A stretch of 64,000 bases of DNA from Octopus bimaculoides. Lineage: Eukaryota. Below the pieces are notes generated by a model. The model was not told where the DNA came from. It ran no database searches and saw nothing but the letters and a program-made list of their open reading frames with translations. Shown here one piece after another: positions 25,070 to 38,330 of the stretch; position 1 is the stretch's first letter, and each line of letters starts with the position of its first letter. The stretch is from positions 22,542,158-22,606,157 of the forward strand of contig NC_068991.1 in the NCBI RefSeq assembly GCF_001194135.2. Direction: 5' to 3'. The translations under genes were made by a program, and so were the position numbers.

Positions 25070-28000
25070 TGTATTATTCAAATCACATTGACATCAATTT
25101 TGCCTTTTATCCTTCTAAAATAGGATGGGGGTAATTCAATGTAAATTGATTGTTCTCTTAAGTTTTGGCTTTGTGCCCAAGTTAGAGATCAGCAGCTTTC
25201 TTTTGGCTAAGAAAGGCAGGCAGTTTCCACTGAGTCTGGTGGATAGGGTGCAAGAGGTTGTCTAGTGGACAAAACTGAAGGGAATAGAACAGACACTTTA
25301 ATATTTAGTCAGTCTCTCATCAACTTATAGAGAATGTAAAGAGCTGGAACTTCAAGTTCCAGTTAGGGAGAGAGAAAAAGAGAGAGCAGTGCTTATCTTC
25401 CAGTGAATTTGTCGGAAGGTGGATAGGAGTGATAGGAATGGTCCTACTCTTAGCATGTATCTGTAGGCTGGATAGCACAGCAAAAAGAGAGAGGGCATTT
25501 CTCCTTTGTAGTGTGAGTAATCTTGGATTTAGGTGGGTAGGGGTCCTTGATTGGCCTTTAAGTTGTTGTCCTGCTTTTGAAATGTTTCATTTCATTCTTT
25601 TTATATAGTTATTTTCCTTTTGTTAATTAATTCTGCATAAAACCATATTGCATTTGTAACTAGTCCTTGTTATAGTCTCTTTTCCATTGACCTTGTGACA
25701 AATGGCATCATTCTTTCAATGAGAGGTATGTATGGTGCTCTGTCATTAAATACCAGTCAAGTACTGGAGTTGATCTAAATTGTCCCTCCATCCCTGTTTC
25801 TGCTCTAATTTGCATCTAAGTTAGAAATCCTTATTTTCTATGGTATTGCAGTTGTTTTCATTCTGAGTTCAAATTAGGCCAGGGTCAACTTTTCCTTCCA
25901 TTTTTCCATGGATGATGAAATAAAATATTAGTGAAGTACTAGGATTAATATAATCGCCTTCCTTCCTCTATTTACACTTTAATGATGATGATGATGATTG
26001 TAAACTGATTCCAAAGACTTAGTCTGTTCTATTTGTCTATTTTTTTCCTTGCTTGTTTAGCTGTTTGGATGTGCCCTCCTCTCTTCTCTTTCAACATTGT
26101 TTCACAGGAAACTGCTTTGTTTTCTGCTCATATTTGAAAGATTTTTCTTCAACAAAAATTCAGCCTGATACTCCAAAAAAATTAGCGCATAGAGCTCAAA
26201 ACATGAAATTTTAAAAAATACCGTAAATGAAAAAATAGGTTTACTATTATTTAGCTTGGTTCAAAGCCTACAAGGTCCTTATTACTTTCACTTCAAAAAA
26301 GAAAAGGAAAAAAAATATATTTATTGTTGTATCCAATATTATGATCAAAGAGAATGTCATATTTGTTTCCATCTATTGCAATACTGATGCTACATTTCCT
26401 AAGTAACCTAATTTCTGTATCACTTTTCCCCCCACCAACAAGTTCTTGACCCACATGTACACCTGATCAAGCATATGTCATTACCTTCATCTAGTTGGGG
26501 TTGTAGCAAAATCTTCCTGCTGTGTCCAGTTTGTTATAAAAACATCAAGAGCTTGTTAAAAGAGTTTAATAACCAGTTGTGTTTTTAACTTATTAGGAGA
26601 GAAGTTTTTTTAGTAAACCCCCCCTGGATGTTTTGACCAAACTTTTTGAAACCAAAGTAGTATTCCACTTTCATCTCCCATGTACATGACTGTAAACACC
26701 ACTGGATAAATTTTCTTTGGGCTTTGGTTTTCTTTTGAAAGTTAATATTAGTGGGTAATTTTGTTTAATCTGCATAACCTGCTAGCACCAGTGTGTAATG
26801 CAATTTTTCATGTCCAGTAGTCTTCACTGTAAAAGTTTTAGTACCTTTTATATCAGTTGTTTGGTTCAGCAAATGTTATGTTTGTTATTTGAGACAGTTC
26901 AAATGAAACTTCTCTTCCTACGTAATATACTTGTGAAAAGCAAGGCCTTTTTGTTTCATGCACCAATGACACCATGATGTATGACCAGTACAATTTTCTA
27001 AAGTATTATCACCTGCAAAACCTTTTGCTTCAGAAGTTATCATTTTTGTAGAAACAGACAGTCCTTGCGTTGAGATCTTGCCATTTTGACCCCTACCCCT
27101 TCCCTCCAAAATTGCATTTATCACTTTTAATCATTTTCAATTTTACTTCTTGATTGAGCCAACAATGAATCATATTTTTTTTCTTTTAGCAAAGGACCAA
27201 AATGTCTTTTGGCAGCTCTCTTTGTTTTTTTGCATGATTGATCATACTTAATTTGAATTTAGCTGTAAATAACAGTCTCTTTTCTTTAGAATGAAAAATG
27301 ATTAAACAAAGCTGTTTTGCTCCCTATACCTAAGATATGGTACTTTGATTTTGGCTATGCATCCAACTTGACAGTAAGCCCGTGCCAGACTGCCAAGTAG
27401 CTAATAAAAATTGGTTAGGCAACTGCCAACAATAATTGTGTTAAGCACTTTGATTGGTCAACCACATTGCACACTTGAAATCCAAGGCAAGCACTCAAAA
27501 GCAGATTTTTATTTTGTTATAAAAGGTTAGGCCTGGAATTCTTCAGTCATGGAAATGGCCTTATTCTACTCCATATTAGATAGCATTCGCCTTCTTTTTA
27601 CAAGCTCTTTCACTATCATCCATTACTTTAATTTCTTTTTTAGGGTACATTAAAATGAGTTATATTTTTAAAAGAAAAATATTATTATTGTTATAAATGG
27701 CACATTCAAATGAACAGTACTATGCATTTTTATTTAAATATATTTATACATGGCTCGTGTATGTTATTCATAGTTTCAGTGTATATAGGAATTATTTTTA
27801 TTGATTGGTTTTTCTTGTTTCATCTATGGCTACATTGTGTTGTCGCTGTTTCTTCTGGGCTGTGTTGTTAAGTTCACGTCTCAGCTATGTTGTCTCAGGT
27901 TCATGGCACCTTAGGCAAGATCAGTCTTGAGCTGATTGAAAGCTTTGTCATTGGACTTTGCTGATTAAACCTTAAGAAGCTCATGATGTGTGTGTGTGTG

Positions 28001-29678
28001 TGTGTTTTTTTCTCTTTGTCCCAACATGGATAGTTGTAAACAAGTGGGGTGTCATTCATTTCCAATCTTCTGTGAAAACATATCTGGCCATGGGGGAAAT
28101 ATTATCTTGCTTCAAAGCTGGTGGGAGTTGGCTACAAGAAGGGCATCAGGCTATAGAAAATCTGCCTCAGTGAATTCTGTCTAACCCATACAGGCATGGG
28201 GGGGGGGAAGGGGTATTAAGATAATTATGATAATGGTGTGTGTGTGTGTGTTTATATAATGCATGTGTCTTTATCATCATTGTAATGTCTACTTTTCCAT
28301 GCTTGCATGAATCAGACACACTCTCTCTCTCTTTCTCTCTCTCACATATATACATGACAGGCTTTATTCAGTTTCCATCCATCAATCAAGTACACTCACA
28401 AAGTTTTGGTCAGCCTGTGGTTATAGTAGAATACTCTCATGCCCAAGGTGCCATGCAGTGAGACTGAATCTGGAACCATATGGTTGAAAAGCAAACTTAT
28501 TACCACATCGCCGCGCGCGTGTACACACACACACACACACACACACACATTATGTATGTGTGTAATCATATTTCAACACTCATATCTTGAGGCATAATTT
28601 GATCTTTATTGGAACTCATCTGTTAAACCTATCATTTTCTTATAGCATAGCTTGTTAGATGTTCTTTCTACATCTTGCTTCATTAGCAACAACCTCTCCC
28701 CTTCCAAAACAACAACCACCACCACAAATAATCAGTTAGGTTGTTTTTGTCAAAGAAGGTGGAATGTTTCTTGTTTTCTTTCTTGCTTATTCCACTGAGA
28801 TTATATCTTCAAACATTGATTTAAAATTCCAGCTTTACCCTCCTGAGACAAAATTATTTTGCTTCAATCCTATGAAGAGTGGGCCTCTATGCCATTGCTT
28901 GACCTACTAGAAATAGCAACTAAAATATCTCAAATACACACCGTAATGTTTTTAAAAAATGAATATATTGGACAATATAAACCCTGATGATGAACAGACA
29001 GGATGGTCTGGGTTGGAAAGCCTTTCATTGTAGATTTACCTGACCTGGAGAAATGACACAACTACTTATAATATATTCATCATAAGTCTGCTCAGTGAGA
29101 GTGGACCTGGGGCTAAATAACAAGACTAACTTCCTCATAACTATTCCATCAGCCACTCATCCATGAATTTTTTTTTTCCCCATTTAAGCTGTATTTTTGA
29201 ATATTTGTAATTTTGTGTTTTTGGTATATTTATTATATCATGGGTTGAATAGTTTTGTAAATTTAGACATTTTCTTCAGTCAGAGCTTTCTTAACATTTG
29301 AACAGTTATCCTGGCATCCCCATATTTTGCTCATACATCAAGCAACTAGATTGCATTAACAGTAGTCATCTCGGCTGAGATCAGCAATTAGCAGCACATG
29401 ACAATGGTTCAGCATATATTTTCATTAACTGCTTTAACTAGTTTACGGTAGTGATTCATTTGGTTGCCTGTGCATGGCAATGGTAATCACGCCAATGTTG
29501 ATCAGCTCTCAGTGTGAGATAATGTTCAGCATATATTTACATCAACCGCTTTAGTGCAATTTCTGTTTATTTACCTAAATTATATCCATGTGCAGGATGC
29601 TCAGGTGGTATTATTCCTGAATAAGATCACTCGACAGCACAAGTCAGATCAACTTCATGTATTTACAATCCCGTGAAT

Positions 29679-29920
29679 TCAAAAATTGGCTTTAGTGTGG
29701 TAGAGTTCAAAACAGGGTACCACACACAGTAGCATATCACATTGTGATCAATGGTATCTAGTTCCTTACATTTCCCTTTTGCTTTACTACATACCGTGCA
29801 TTTCTTTGGAGCATTTGTTTTCTTGGCAGTGGGGGGTGGGAAACAGTCATGGAAAATGTCCATGCCCCTTCACCATGCAGGAGGGGAGAATCTGGTGTGG
29901 GGACAGCCACACGTTCTGTA
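29679..29920 (-). pseudogene. piggyBac (PGBD4-like) transposase C-terminal cysteine-rich domain relic
   Basis: Frameshifted reading GHFP..[51 protein letters not shown], matching the piggyBac C-terminal CRD pattern. Downstream 30-bp direct repeats at 29407-29436 and 29524-29553 (27/30). Confidence 0.8.
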
Positions 29921-31357
29921 CTTTGGCAGGTCTGATTCCTTAATGTCAGCTATGTGGATGATTTCTTATTGGCTCATGGGAGTTAGGTTGTTGCTTTTTC
30001 GCCTCAAGTCAGTTCTGATCAAGCACACTTATTATAAGAGGCAGTCCACCCATGATCCTCTCAGGTTCTTACACTGCATTTTCCAATGTGTCTTTCCTTT
30101 TTGCTTTTTTTAAAAACAGTATGGTGTGATTTTAGGATGATTTGGCTGCTATTTCTTGTAACTCTGATGGCTTTATAGAAGTTCTTTTGTTAACCTGTTT
30201 GGTTTATTGTTTATTACCTCGGTTCACCGAGCTTTCAGCAATAGGTTTCCAGATCTTCTAGGAGTGGAAGGAGAGAGGAAAACAAATCATGCTTATGTAA
30301 AATTACATGTTCTCAGTGATTGACATCCTGTTTGTTGCTGATTGATTGCCAACAAAGAAGTTGGAATCAGAAAATAGATTTTTCTGTTTTTTTTTTTTAA
30401 TATTCTTTTTATTTTCTCCCATTTAGCAAACCATTGTAGATTGCAAAAGTTGTTTTAGCATGTAGCATCTGTATCTTCTCTGCCCTCCTCTCTTCACCTC
30501 CAGTCAGTACATATTCATTTTCTCCTATTGCTTAATGCTGCTGGCTGTGCGTATTGTTGTAGTTTTGTAGTCTTTATTGATTGTTTTGAGTAACTTTATA
30601 TCAAGTAGAACTGGCTGTAAAGTTAAGGAACTGGATTGCTGACCACAAATGTTATGGTCATTATGGTGTTCTCCTGAGCAAAGCATGTAACTACAGTTGG
30701 CATCAATTTGTTAAACCATCACAAAACAACTTTCACTCCTACTTCACTTCACAGTTGATGACTTAAGAAGGGCATCCAGCTGTAAAAATAATAGCTGCAA
30801 CAAATATCATTTTGCTTTGACTAGCAATGCGAAAAAATGTATGCTGAATGTCAAATAATAAAAGAAGAAAAGAAAGTCGATGATAATATTACTTAATGTT
30901 ACTATTGATGTTCTCTAAAAAAAACAAAAAAAAAACGCAAAGAAAAACAATAACAATCTGATGATGTGTACAAAATTTTTTCCCATCAAATATATCTAAA
31001 CCAATTCGAATTTTTGTAATATTTTCAGAAATTGGTAGGATTCATGAAACTAGAACTTAAATTTGGTGTTCATGAATGATCAAATGGAATAAGGAGAAAT
31101 CTTGATTTGATATAGTTATTGTCAGTTGTTGTTTTTGGTGCATGGTCTGGTGGTTAGCATATTGTGGGTTCAATTCTTGGACTAGGCAGCACATTTTTGT
31201 CCTTAAACAAGGTACTGTATTTCATGCTGCTTCTATTTCTCAGCTGAAATTGGTACCAAGTGCTGGGGCCTCACCCCCACCTTCATACCCAAGCTGTCAT
31301 ATCCTTAATATATTATTTTGCTTGAACACAATGCTTATTTATAAACAATTGTATTAT

Positions 31358-31400
<43 letters not shown>

Positions 31401-31825
31401 TGTTTCATAGGTGACCTCCTTCGAATACCAATGGTATTTGATTTTACACAGATCAACTTATAAAATAGTCAATCCGTGTGTGAGGCAGCAGGAGTTTTGA
31501 AAGTAAGGAATAGAAAACTGTTGAGGGACTTGTACATTAAATACTTCATACTGACATGTCTAGTTGGTGCATGGTGTTGGTGGTGGTGGGTTAGTTGTGT
31601 GTAGTGTAGTGGATGTAGAGTAGAGTCGTGTGGGATTTAGACATACTAAATGGTAATATAATTAAACCTGCTGGGCTATATAATTGGGTGTTTGAAGTGG
31701 GTATTTCAGATTGAGTGGGATAGGAAGTAAATGCATGTTTTTAACAATTGGTATGATTTGGAATTTAAGATTTAAAGTTTGTGTGTGTGTGAAAGAGTGT
31801 TTTAGGTGAGGTATGATTGAAATGA

Positions 31826-32007
31826 AACCCTGTAGCATTTAAACTGGTCATATCCAGCCCTCTACTTATGTTCAAACCAGCTAGATCCAGCCACTCACAC
31901 CTACCCTGCAATAACATTCTAAAAATAAACAATCACATCATTGATATCTTGAAACGATGTGATTAAATAAGCATTACATTTGACAGAGTAATCTTAGTGC
32001 TAGTTAA
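31826..32007. mobile_element. TTAA MITE copy (internally deleted)
   Basis: ccctgtagcatttaaactgg...ataagcattacatttgacagagtaatc...gttaa, homologous to 35598-35833. Confidence 0.75.
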
Positions 32008-32665
32008 ATGCTTATTTATAAACAATTGTATGATTTGTGTGTGTCCGTGTCCATCCATGCATCTGCAGAAGGATATTTTATTAGGTTGTATTGAATTTGT
32101 TGCAGATTATTTATAATACAGTATTCAATAATTCTATTACTAATTGATTAATATCAGTGATGTGCTATGTTTCTTACTGTTCGTTTCTGCTTGAATGACA
32201 TTTGTTTATCTGCACTTAATATGTATATGTGAAGTGGGTGTTGTATTGATTATATATAATGTTTTGTATACATCTACGTTGATGATTACATTACTTCAAA
32301 TTAAAATTTTAATCACATCTTTTTTTTTTTTGGTAATCTAAGTTCAAATCTTATTAAGGATAACTTCGTGTTCCATTCGTCCAGTGTTTATAAAATATTG
32401 ATGTAATTAAATAATTTATCTAACTACATCCTCCCCACTAAATTAACAATCCTTAACCGTAGCATTTAATTTTCTGCTGGTTAGTGTTTTATCTCAATTA
32501 GTCTTTGAATGTTAAATGATAAAATAAGATCATTTATTCTAATTTAATATGAAGATGTTGTGAGAGGTATTAATTAATTCAACAAACCATATGTAGAGAA
32601 TAATAAAAAAAAGCCCCTTTCACTTTTGGCTAAAGTCAAGATTTCAAGAAAAAAAGATTGTAAAT

Positions 32666-34570
32666 AAAGGTGATGCTTTAGATAGAAATAACTACAGGGG
32701 TATCAAACTGCTGGATCAGGTGATGAAGGTCACAAAGAGGGTCATAGCCCAACTAATTAGGGAGAAAGTCTGCTTAGATGAGATGCAGTTCAGTTTTGTG
32801 CCAGGTAGAAGCATCACTAATGCTATATTCCTGGTACGGAAACTGCTGGAGAAATACCTAGCCAAAGATAAACCCCTATATTTGGCTTTTGTGGTCTTGG
32901 AAAAAGCCTTTGACAGGGTCCCCTGATCCCTTATCTGGCGGGCGATGTGGAAACTGGGACTTGATGAATGATTAATAAGGGCTGTACAGGCCCTATACAG
33001 AGATGCCATTAGTAGGGTTAGGATTGGCAATGAGTATAGTGAAGAATTCTGAGTAGAAGTAGGGGTACACCAAGGATGAGCCCTCAGCCCCCTCTTATTC
33101 ATCATAGTCCTCCAGGCAATAACAGAGGAGTTCAAGACAGGTTGCCCCTGGGAGCTCCTCTATGCTGATGACCTGGCCCTCATAGCAGAATCACTACCAG
33201 AACTAGAGAAAAAATTTCAAGTCTGGAAGCAAGGTTTAGAATTGAAGGGCCTTAGAGTCAATGTTGCAAAGACCAAAGTTCTAGTAAGTAGGAAGGCGAA
33301 CACATCACACGCCCTGCTCAATCTGTAGAAAAGGTGTAGGTAGAAACTCCATAAGATGTACCCAGTGTAAGCTATGGACACATAAGAGGTGCAGCAACAT
33401 CAAAGGAAGATTAACCAGGAAGATAGCTTTCGTGTGTAGCAGATGAACAGGGGCAATAAACACCACAGATGTTCAGAAAACAGATTCCATTACATGCCAG
33501 TGGGAGAAACTAGAAGTAGTTGATAGCTTCTGCTACCTAGGTGACCAAGTCTGTAGTGGGTATGGATGCTCAGAGAGTGTTACCACTAGAATAAGAATAG
33601 CCTCGGAAAAGTTCAGAAAGCTCCTACCATTAATGGTGACAAAGGGCCTCTCGCTCAGAGTGAAAGGTAGACTGTATGATGCACGTGTGCAAACTGCCAT
33701 GCTTCACGGCAGTGAAACATGGGCCGTGACTGCTGAAGACATGTGTAGGTTCGAAAGAAACGAAGCTAGTTTGATCCGCTGGATGTGTAATGTCAGTGTG
33801 CATACACAACAGTGTAAGCACCCTGAGAGAAATGTTAGACATAAGAAGCATCGGATGTGGCATGCAAGAGAGACGTTTGTGTTGGTATGGTCATGCACTC
33901 TGGATGGACAAGGAGAGCTGTGTGAAGAAGTGCCACTCCCAATCAGTGGAAGGAATCCAGGGTAGAGGGAGACCCAGGAAGACATGGGATGAGGTGGTGA
34001 AGCATGATCTTTGAACGTTGGGCCTCACAGAGGCAATGACAAAAGACAGAGACCCAGCAAGTAAAGTGAGTTCACAGCTGTAACCTACACCAGCATCGCA
34101 TAACCAGCCGACACAAAAGTACTTTGGATCGTAGGGCGACATGCCATGTTTGAGGAGATCTATTGAGTCAAGTACATCAACATCAAATCAAATCAAATGG
34201 AAATTGTAGTTGTGACCCTCGTGCCAGTAGCACATAAAAATCACCATCCAAATGTGCCTGATGCCAGTGCCATAAAAAGCACCATCCTGAACGTGGCCGA
34301 TGCCAGTGCCGCCTTGACTGTCTTCCATGCCGGTGGCATGTAAAAAGCACCATCCGATTGTGGTCGATGCCATCTCCTCTGGCCCCTGTGCCAGTGGTAC
34401 ATAAAAAGCACCCACTACACTCTCAGAGTGGTTGGCGTTAGAAAGGGCATCCAGCTGTAGAAACAGTGCCAGATCAGATTGGGGCCTGGTGCAGCCTCCT
34501 GACTTCCCAGACCTCAGTTGAACTGTCTAACCCATGCCAGCATGGAAAATGGACATTAAATGATGATGAT
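32666..34570 (+). mobile_element. RTE-clade LINE, 5'-truncated: decayed reverse transcriptase, PHD-like finger and 3'UTR
   Basis: KGDALDRNNYRGIKLL...QFSFVPGRS...LEKAFDRVP*...GVHQG*ALSPLLF...YADD (33161-33172)...FCYLG...LHGSETW...RGRPRKTW. Contains in-frame stops and frameshifts. The 3'UTR has about 60-bp sub-repeats and a (tga)n tail. Confidence 0.95.
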
Positions 34571-34770
34571 TATGAAGAAGAAGCAGCAGAGGTGATGAAG
34601 CTTTTTAAAATCCTGTTCCACAATGCCAGTGGAATCCAAAATACAAACAAAGCAGAGATATTTTATATCCGAGTTGCAATTGTATGGTGAGACTAAAACT
34701 GTTGCATCATGGTAGAGTTTATACAGTAGTATTAAAACACACACTGTTGATGTCATTTGTTTTATAAATG

Positions 34771-34807
<37 letters not shown>

Positions 34808-35597
34808 AATATATAGAGGAATTTAAGGTTAGATAACCAAAACAGTAATATTCTTACTATAAGCTATTTTCCAAAATATTGTTTTGTTAACCATAGCTTC
34901 AGAACTATAATAGCAGATTTTTCAAACTAGTTTTAAGAATGATTATATAGTTATATTTCGAAAAGAGGCATATCTTCATTATTTTGTAAGTCACTTGGTA
35001 AATAAGAGTATTAATGACTTTTTAAAAAGTTATTTATCATAACCTAATTTCGACCTAACTCATTTCATATTTTTTTAAACAGAGTATTTAATGTACTTCT
35101 ATTTTGTTTAATGGTAGGGTGCTCTGTGATTGGAGCTGGCCTTGGTAAACATTTTATCTGAAGTTTTTGATATCGTTTATTATCTATGAAGTTATAAAAA
35201 ATAAGGAGACACTAGCATTCAACAAGCCCCTTTATGATCAGTGTACCTAACTTTATCAGTAGTGCTCAAGTGTAACTATTGTAATGTTTTTAGTATACTA
35301 TCTTTATTGCTATTTTCTGGAGTTGTTGTTCAGTGCCATGTTAGCCTTGATAAAGTAGAGCTACGATCAGACATGCAACTGTCACCAAACTAGTTTTTAT
35401 TTTGTTGTTCTTGTTTTCATTTCATGTATAGTATATCTAGGACTACATTGTATACTATCCCTGTTTTTATTTTAAAACCTCATATTGAAATAAAACCAGA
35501 TGTGAATTCAAGTAAATTTGGCTGGTATTTCTAGCAGGTCAGGTAACTACATAAGGCTCCTTTGTTGGCTTAGTTTTTTGGTGTTTTTAACTAAGGC

Positions 35598-35833
35598 TTA
35601 ATCTGTTAGCACTTAAACTGGCTATATCCGGCCCAAATATTCTATCTGTTTTATGTTCAAACTGACCAGATCTGGCCTCTCACACCTACCTTACAATAAT
35701 AATCTAAAACTAAATAACCACATCATCAAAATCTTGAACTTAGAAGGTAATGCAAGATGAATTCAAAACATTGTGAATGAATAAGCATTACATTTAATAA
35801 TTTAATAGAGTAATCTGAATGCTTAAAAGTTAA
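35598..35833. mobile_element. TTAA MITE, near full length
   Basis: TTAA at both ends; TIR-like tctgttagcactta / aatgcttaaaag; same family as 10918-11420. Confidence 0.8.
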
Positions 35834-37121
35834 TAGTGATAGATTGGCTTTCATTTACTGAAGCTAGAATACCAAAATTTAGATATGGCTACAAACAAGA
35901 GAAATGGAGTGGTTTTTATTGCAGTTACAGGAAGAAATCTCTTAATTTTTTTGTATATCTTAAGCAAAAATAGTTCTTTGTTTTCTTTTTTAGATTTTTA
36001 TTTTGATTAGATTAATATGAGGAATCTAATACTTTGAGCCCACAAGTACACTTAAGACACAAAAGTGGGCAGCCACAGGATTTTGTGTTTATGGCTGAAA
36101 ATAATGTTCCTGCCAATTAGCAAACCGTAAACAGTATCATGTGGCCACCCACTTCTGTCTTTCTGAGGTATAGTCAAATGAAATTGCACCCACTAAAACA
36201 AATTTGCAGGTTGAAAGGGTTAGTGTTGTCATCTTTTTGTACCCATAAGAAATAATGTAAGCAATTGTAGTATCACCTTTTCTTAATTTTTTTGTTTTGA
36301 TGTTATTCAGCAAATGAGCTGAATAGTAGTTGAGTTAAATTATGTTTGTCTCTTTTTTTTAAAGAAAAAACAATTTGGAGATAAAACTTATAAAAAAGAT
36401 TTTCCTGTTACCTGTGTGGTTGTGTCCTTTATTGAAATTCTCTTGGTGTCATATTGTTTTGCTATATTGTTGCATGCTTGGACCCCATGATTGGGGTGGC
36501 ACTACATCTGTAATTTTAGCACAGAAGTCGGTCATTTTCAATGAGTCAGTGGCCACCACACTAAAGAAAGGACTGCATATATGTGTGATACACACAAAAA
36601 AAAAAAAATGCATTTCTAAAAATGGCAAGATGACAGAATCTTTAGCAAAATGTTAAGCAGCATTTCTTCTTTCGTTCCATTCTGAATTCAAATTCCCCCA
36701 AGGTCGATTTTGCCTTTCATCCTTTTGGACTTGATGAAATAAAAGTACCAGTTGAGCACTGGCGTCAATATATTTGACTGGCCCTCTACCCCCAAATTTC
36801 AGGCCTTATGCTTATAGTAGAAAAGTTTATTTATTCAAATTCCAGAAAAACAACTATCCGAATTTCAACAAAGAAAACTAACATGTATTTTTGAAGTTTA
36901 GCTTTTCTCCTTAGGGTTTAAAAATATCTGGTCAATAGATGGACCCTATTGCCTTATTAAGCAAGTATCCTCAGCCATCGGGCTACAGAGAAGGAATAAA
37001 TTTCATTTCTATTTAATTGACTATTGTACTTTGCAAAATACTTTTGCATTGTATATGTAGTATTATATGTGTAATAATTAAATAATATATTATGTACTTT
37101 GTGTATATTAGCCACATAATT

Positions 37122-37194
37122 CCTCCACCCAATCTGTGGGAAAATTGTCTTGCATGAAACTGGTCTATAGTGCAAAAAAGATTGGGGACCAGTG
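37122..37194 (+). mobile_element. hAT/Charlie 3' terminus resembling mammalian MER1/Charlie3
   Basis: ctgtgggaaaattgtcttgcatgaaactggtctatagtgcaaaaaagattggggaccagtg, versus my recollection of the MER1 end ccgtggaaaaattgtcttccacgaaaccggtccctggtgccaaaaaggttggggaccgctg. Confidence 0.65.
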
Positions 37195-38092
37195 TGACTA
37201 ACTCTAGTGTATTTCAGTTGAGACAGTCCCATTGATATTTCATTAATTCACTATTAAAATTCTCATATTTATGTGAAACCTGTCCTCTATGGTGTACTGA
37301 ATGAAACCAATAACTTGTCGCATATCCATAAATCTTGGTCGTTAACTGCTGATCAATTTTTTAATGGACATAGTACAAAAGCTACAGGTTAAACTATATT
37401 CCTACTCTACTAGTCTAGGTGTGAGAATTGTATTCTAATTATATTTTCCCTATTCTTCCCACAGATTGGGTTTTTTTTTTCTTTTTGGTTAGAAGTTTAT
37501 TCCGAATCAATAAATCAGAAACTAAAACAAGCAAATAATAATAATGATGATAATGTGAAACTGAAGTTCAAATTCCAAAAAATGCACAAAGTTCAAATTG
37601 ATTCCTTTTCAAAAATCAGTTTGTTTTTATTATTGCCCCCCCCCCTTCCCCAATTCAAGTTTGTTTTCAGATCTGTCTTCCACTTATGAAAATATCGATT
37701 TGAAATTTCAAACTAAGGAGATATAGAAATCTGATTGGGAGAATAAGATAGAAAAATTATTAAAATTCCCTTACCTGGGTCAATAATGAATTGTCAGTAG
37801 TGGAATTTAGTTCTCTGTCTAGGCTTTCTGAGTTCAAATCTCGTTGGCGTAGACTCTGCCCTCTATCTTTCTAAAGTTGACAATATTTCATACACAGGAG
37901 TTGATTCAATTAGTTATATCCTTTCCCCTATCTATTTTGGCCTTATATCAATATAAGAAGTCAATCCATTCATTTTTACATCAGTTTTTCTATACTTGCC
38001 TGAGTTGGAAGGGTAGTTATTTGAGGCTATGTTGCTCTTATGGTCGCCAACCCTTTCCTGTTTTACATATGAGAGATTTTATTCCACTACTG

Positions 38093-38330
38093 TAACCATT
38101 TTGATACCAAGTCACTTGAGACCACACTTGGATCTATGATATAAACATGTAAACTTCCTTGTTTACAGTGATCTAAATTAAGGACCTACCCACAAAATTT
38201 CATATTGATTTACGTACCAAATATCAGCTTAATAATGATAAAATTATTTCATTAAATGCTTCGTTATTTTCAAGCTTAATTCAAACAAAAGCATTGTATT
38301 TCAATAGAGATATGGTAATGAAAGGGTTAA
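38093..38330. mobile_element. Second TTAA-type MITE family
   Basis: gtaa-ccattttgatacca ... tggtaatgaaaggg-TTAA (imperfect TIR). Confidence 0.6.
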
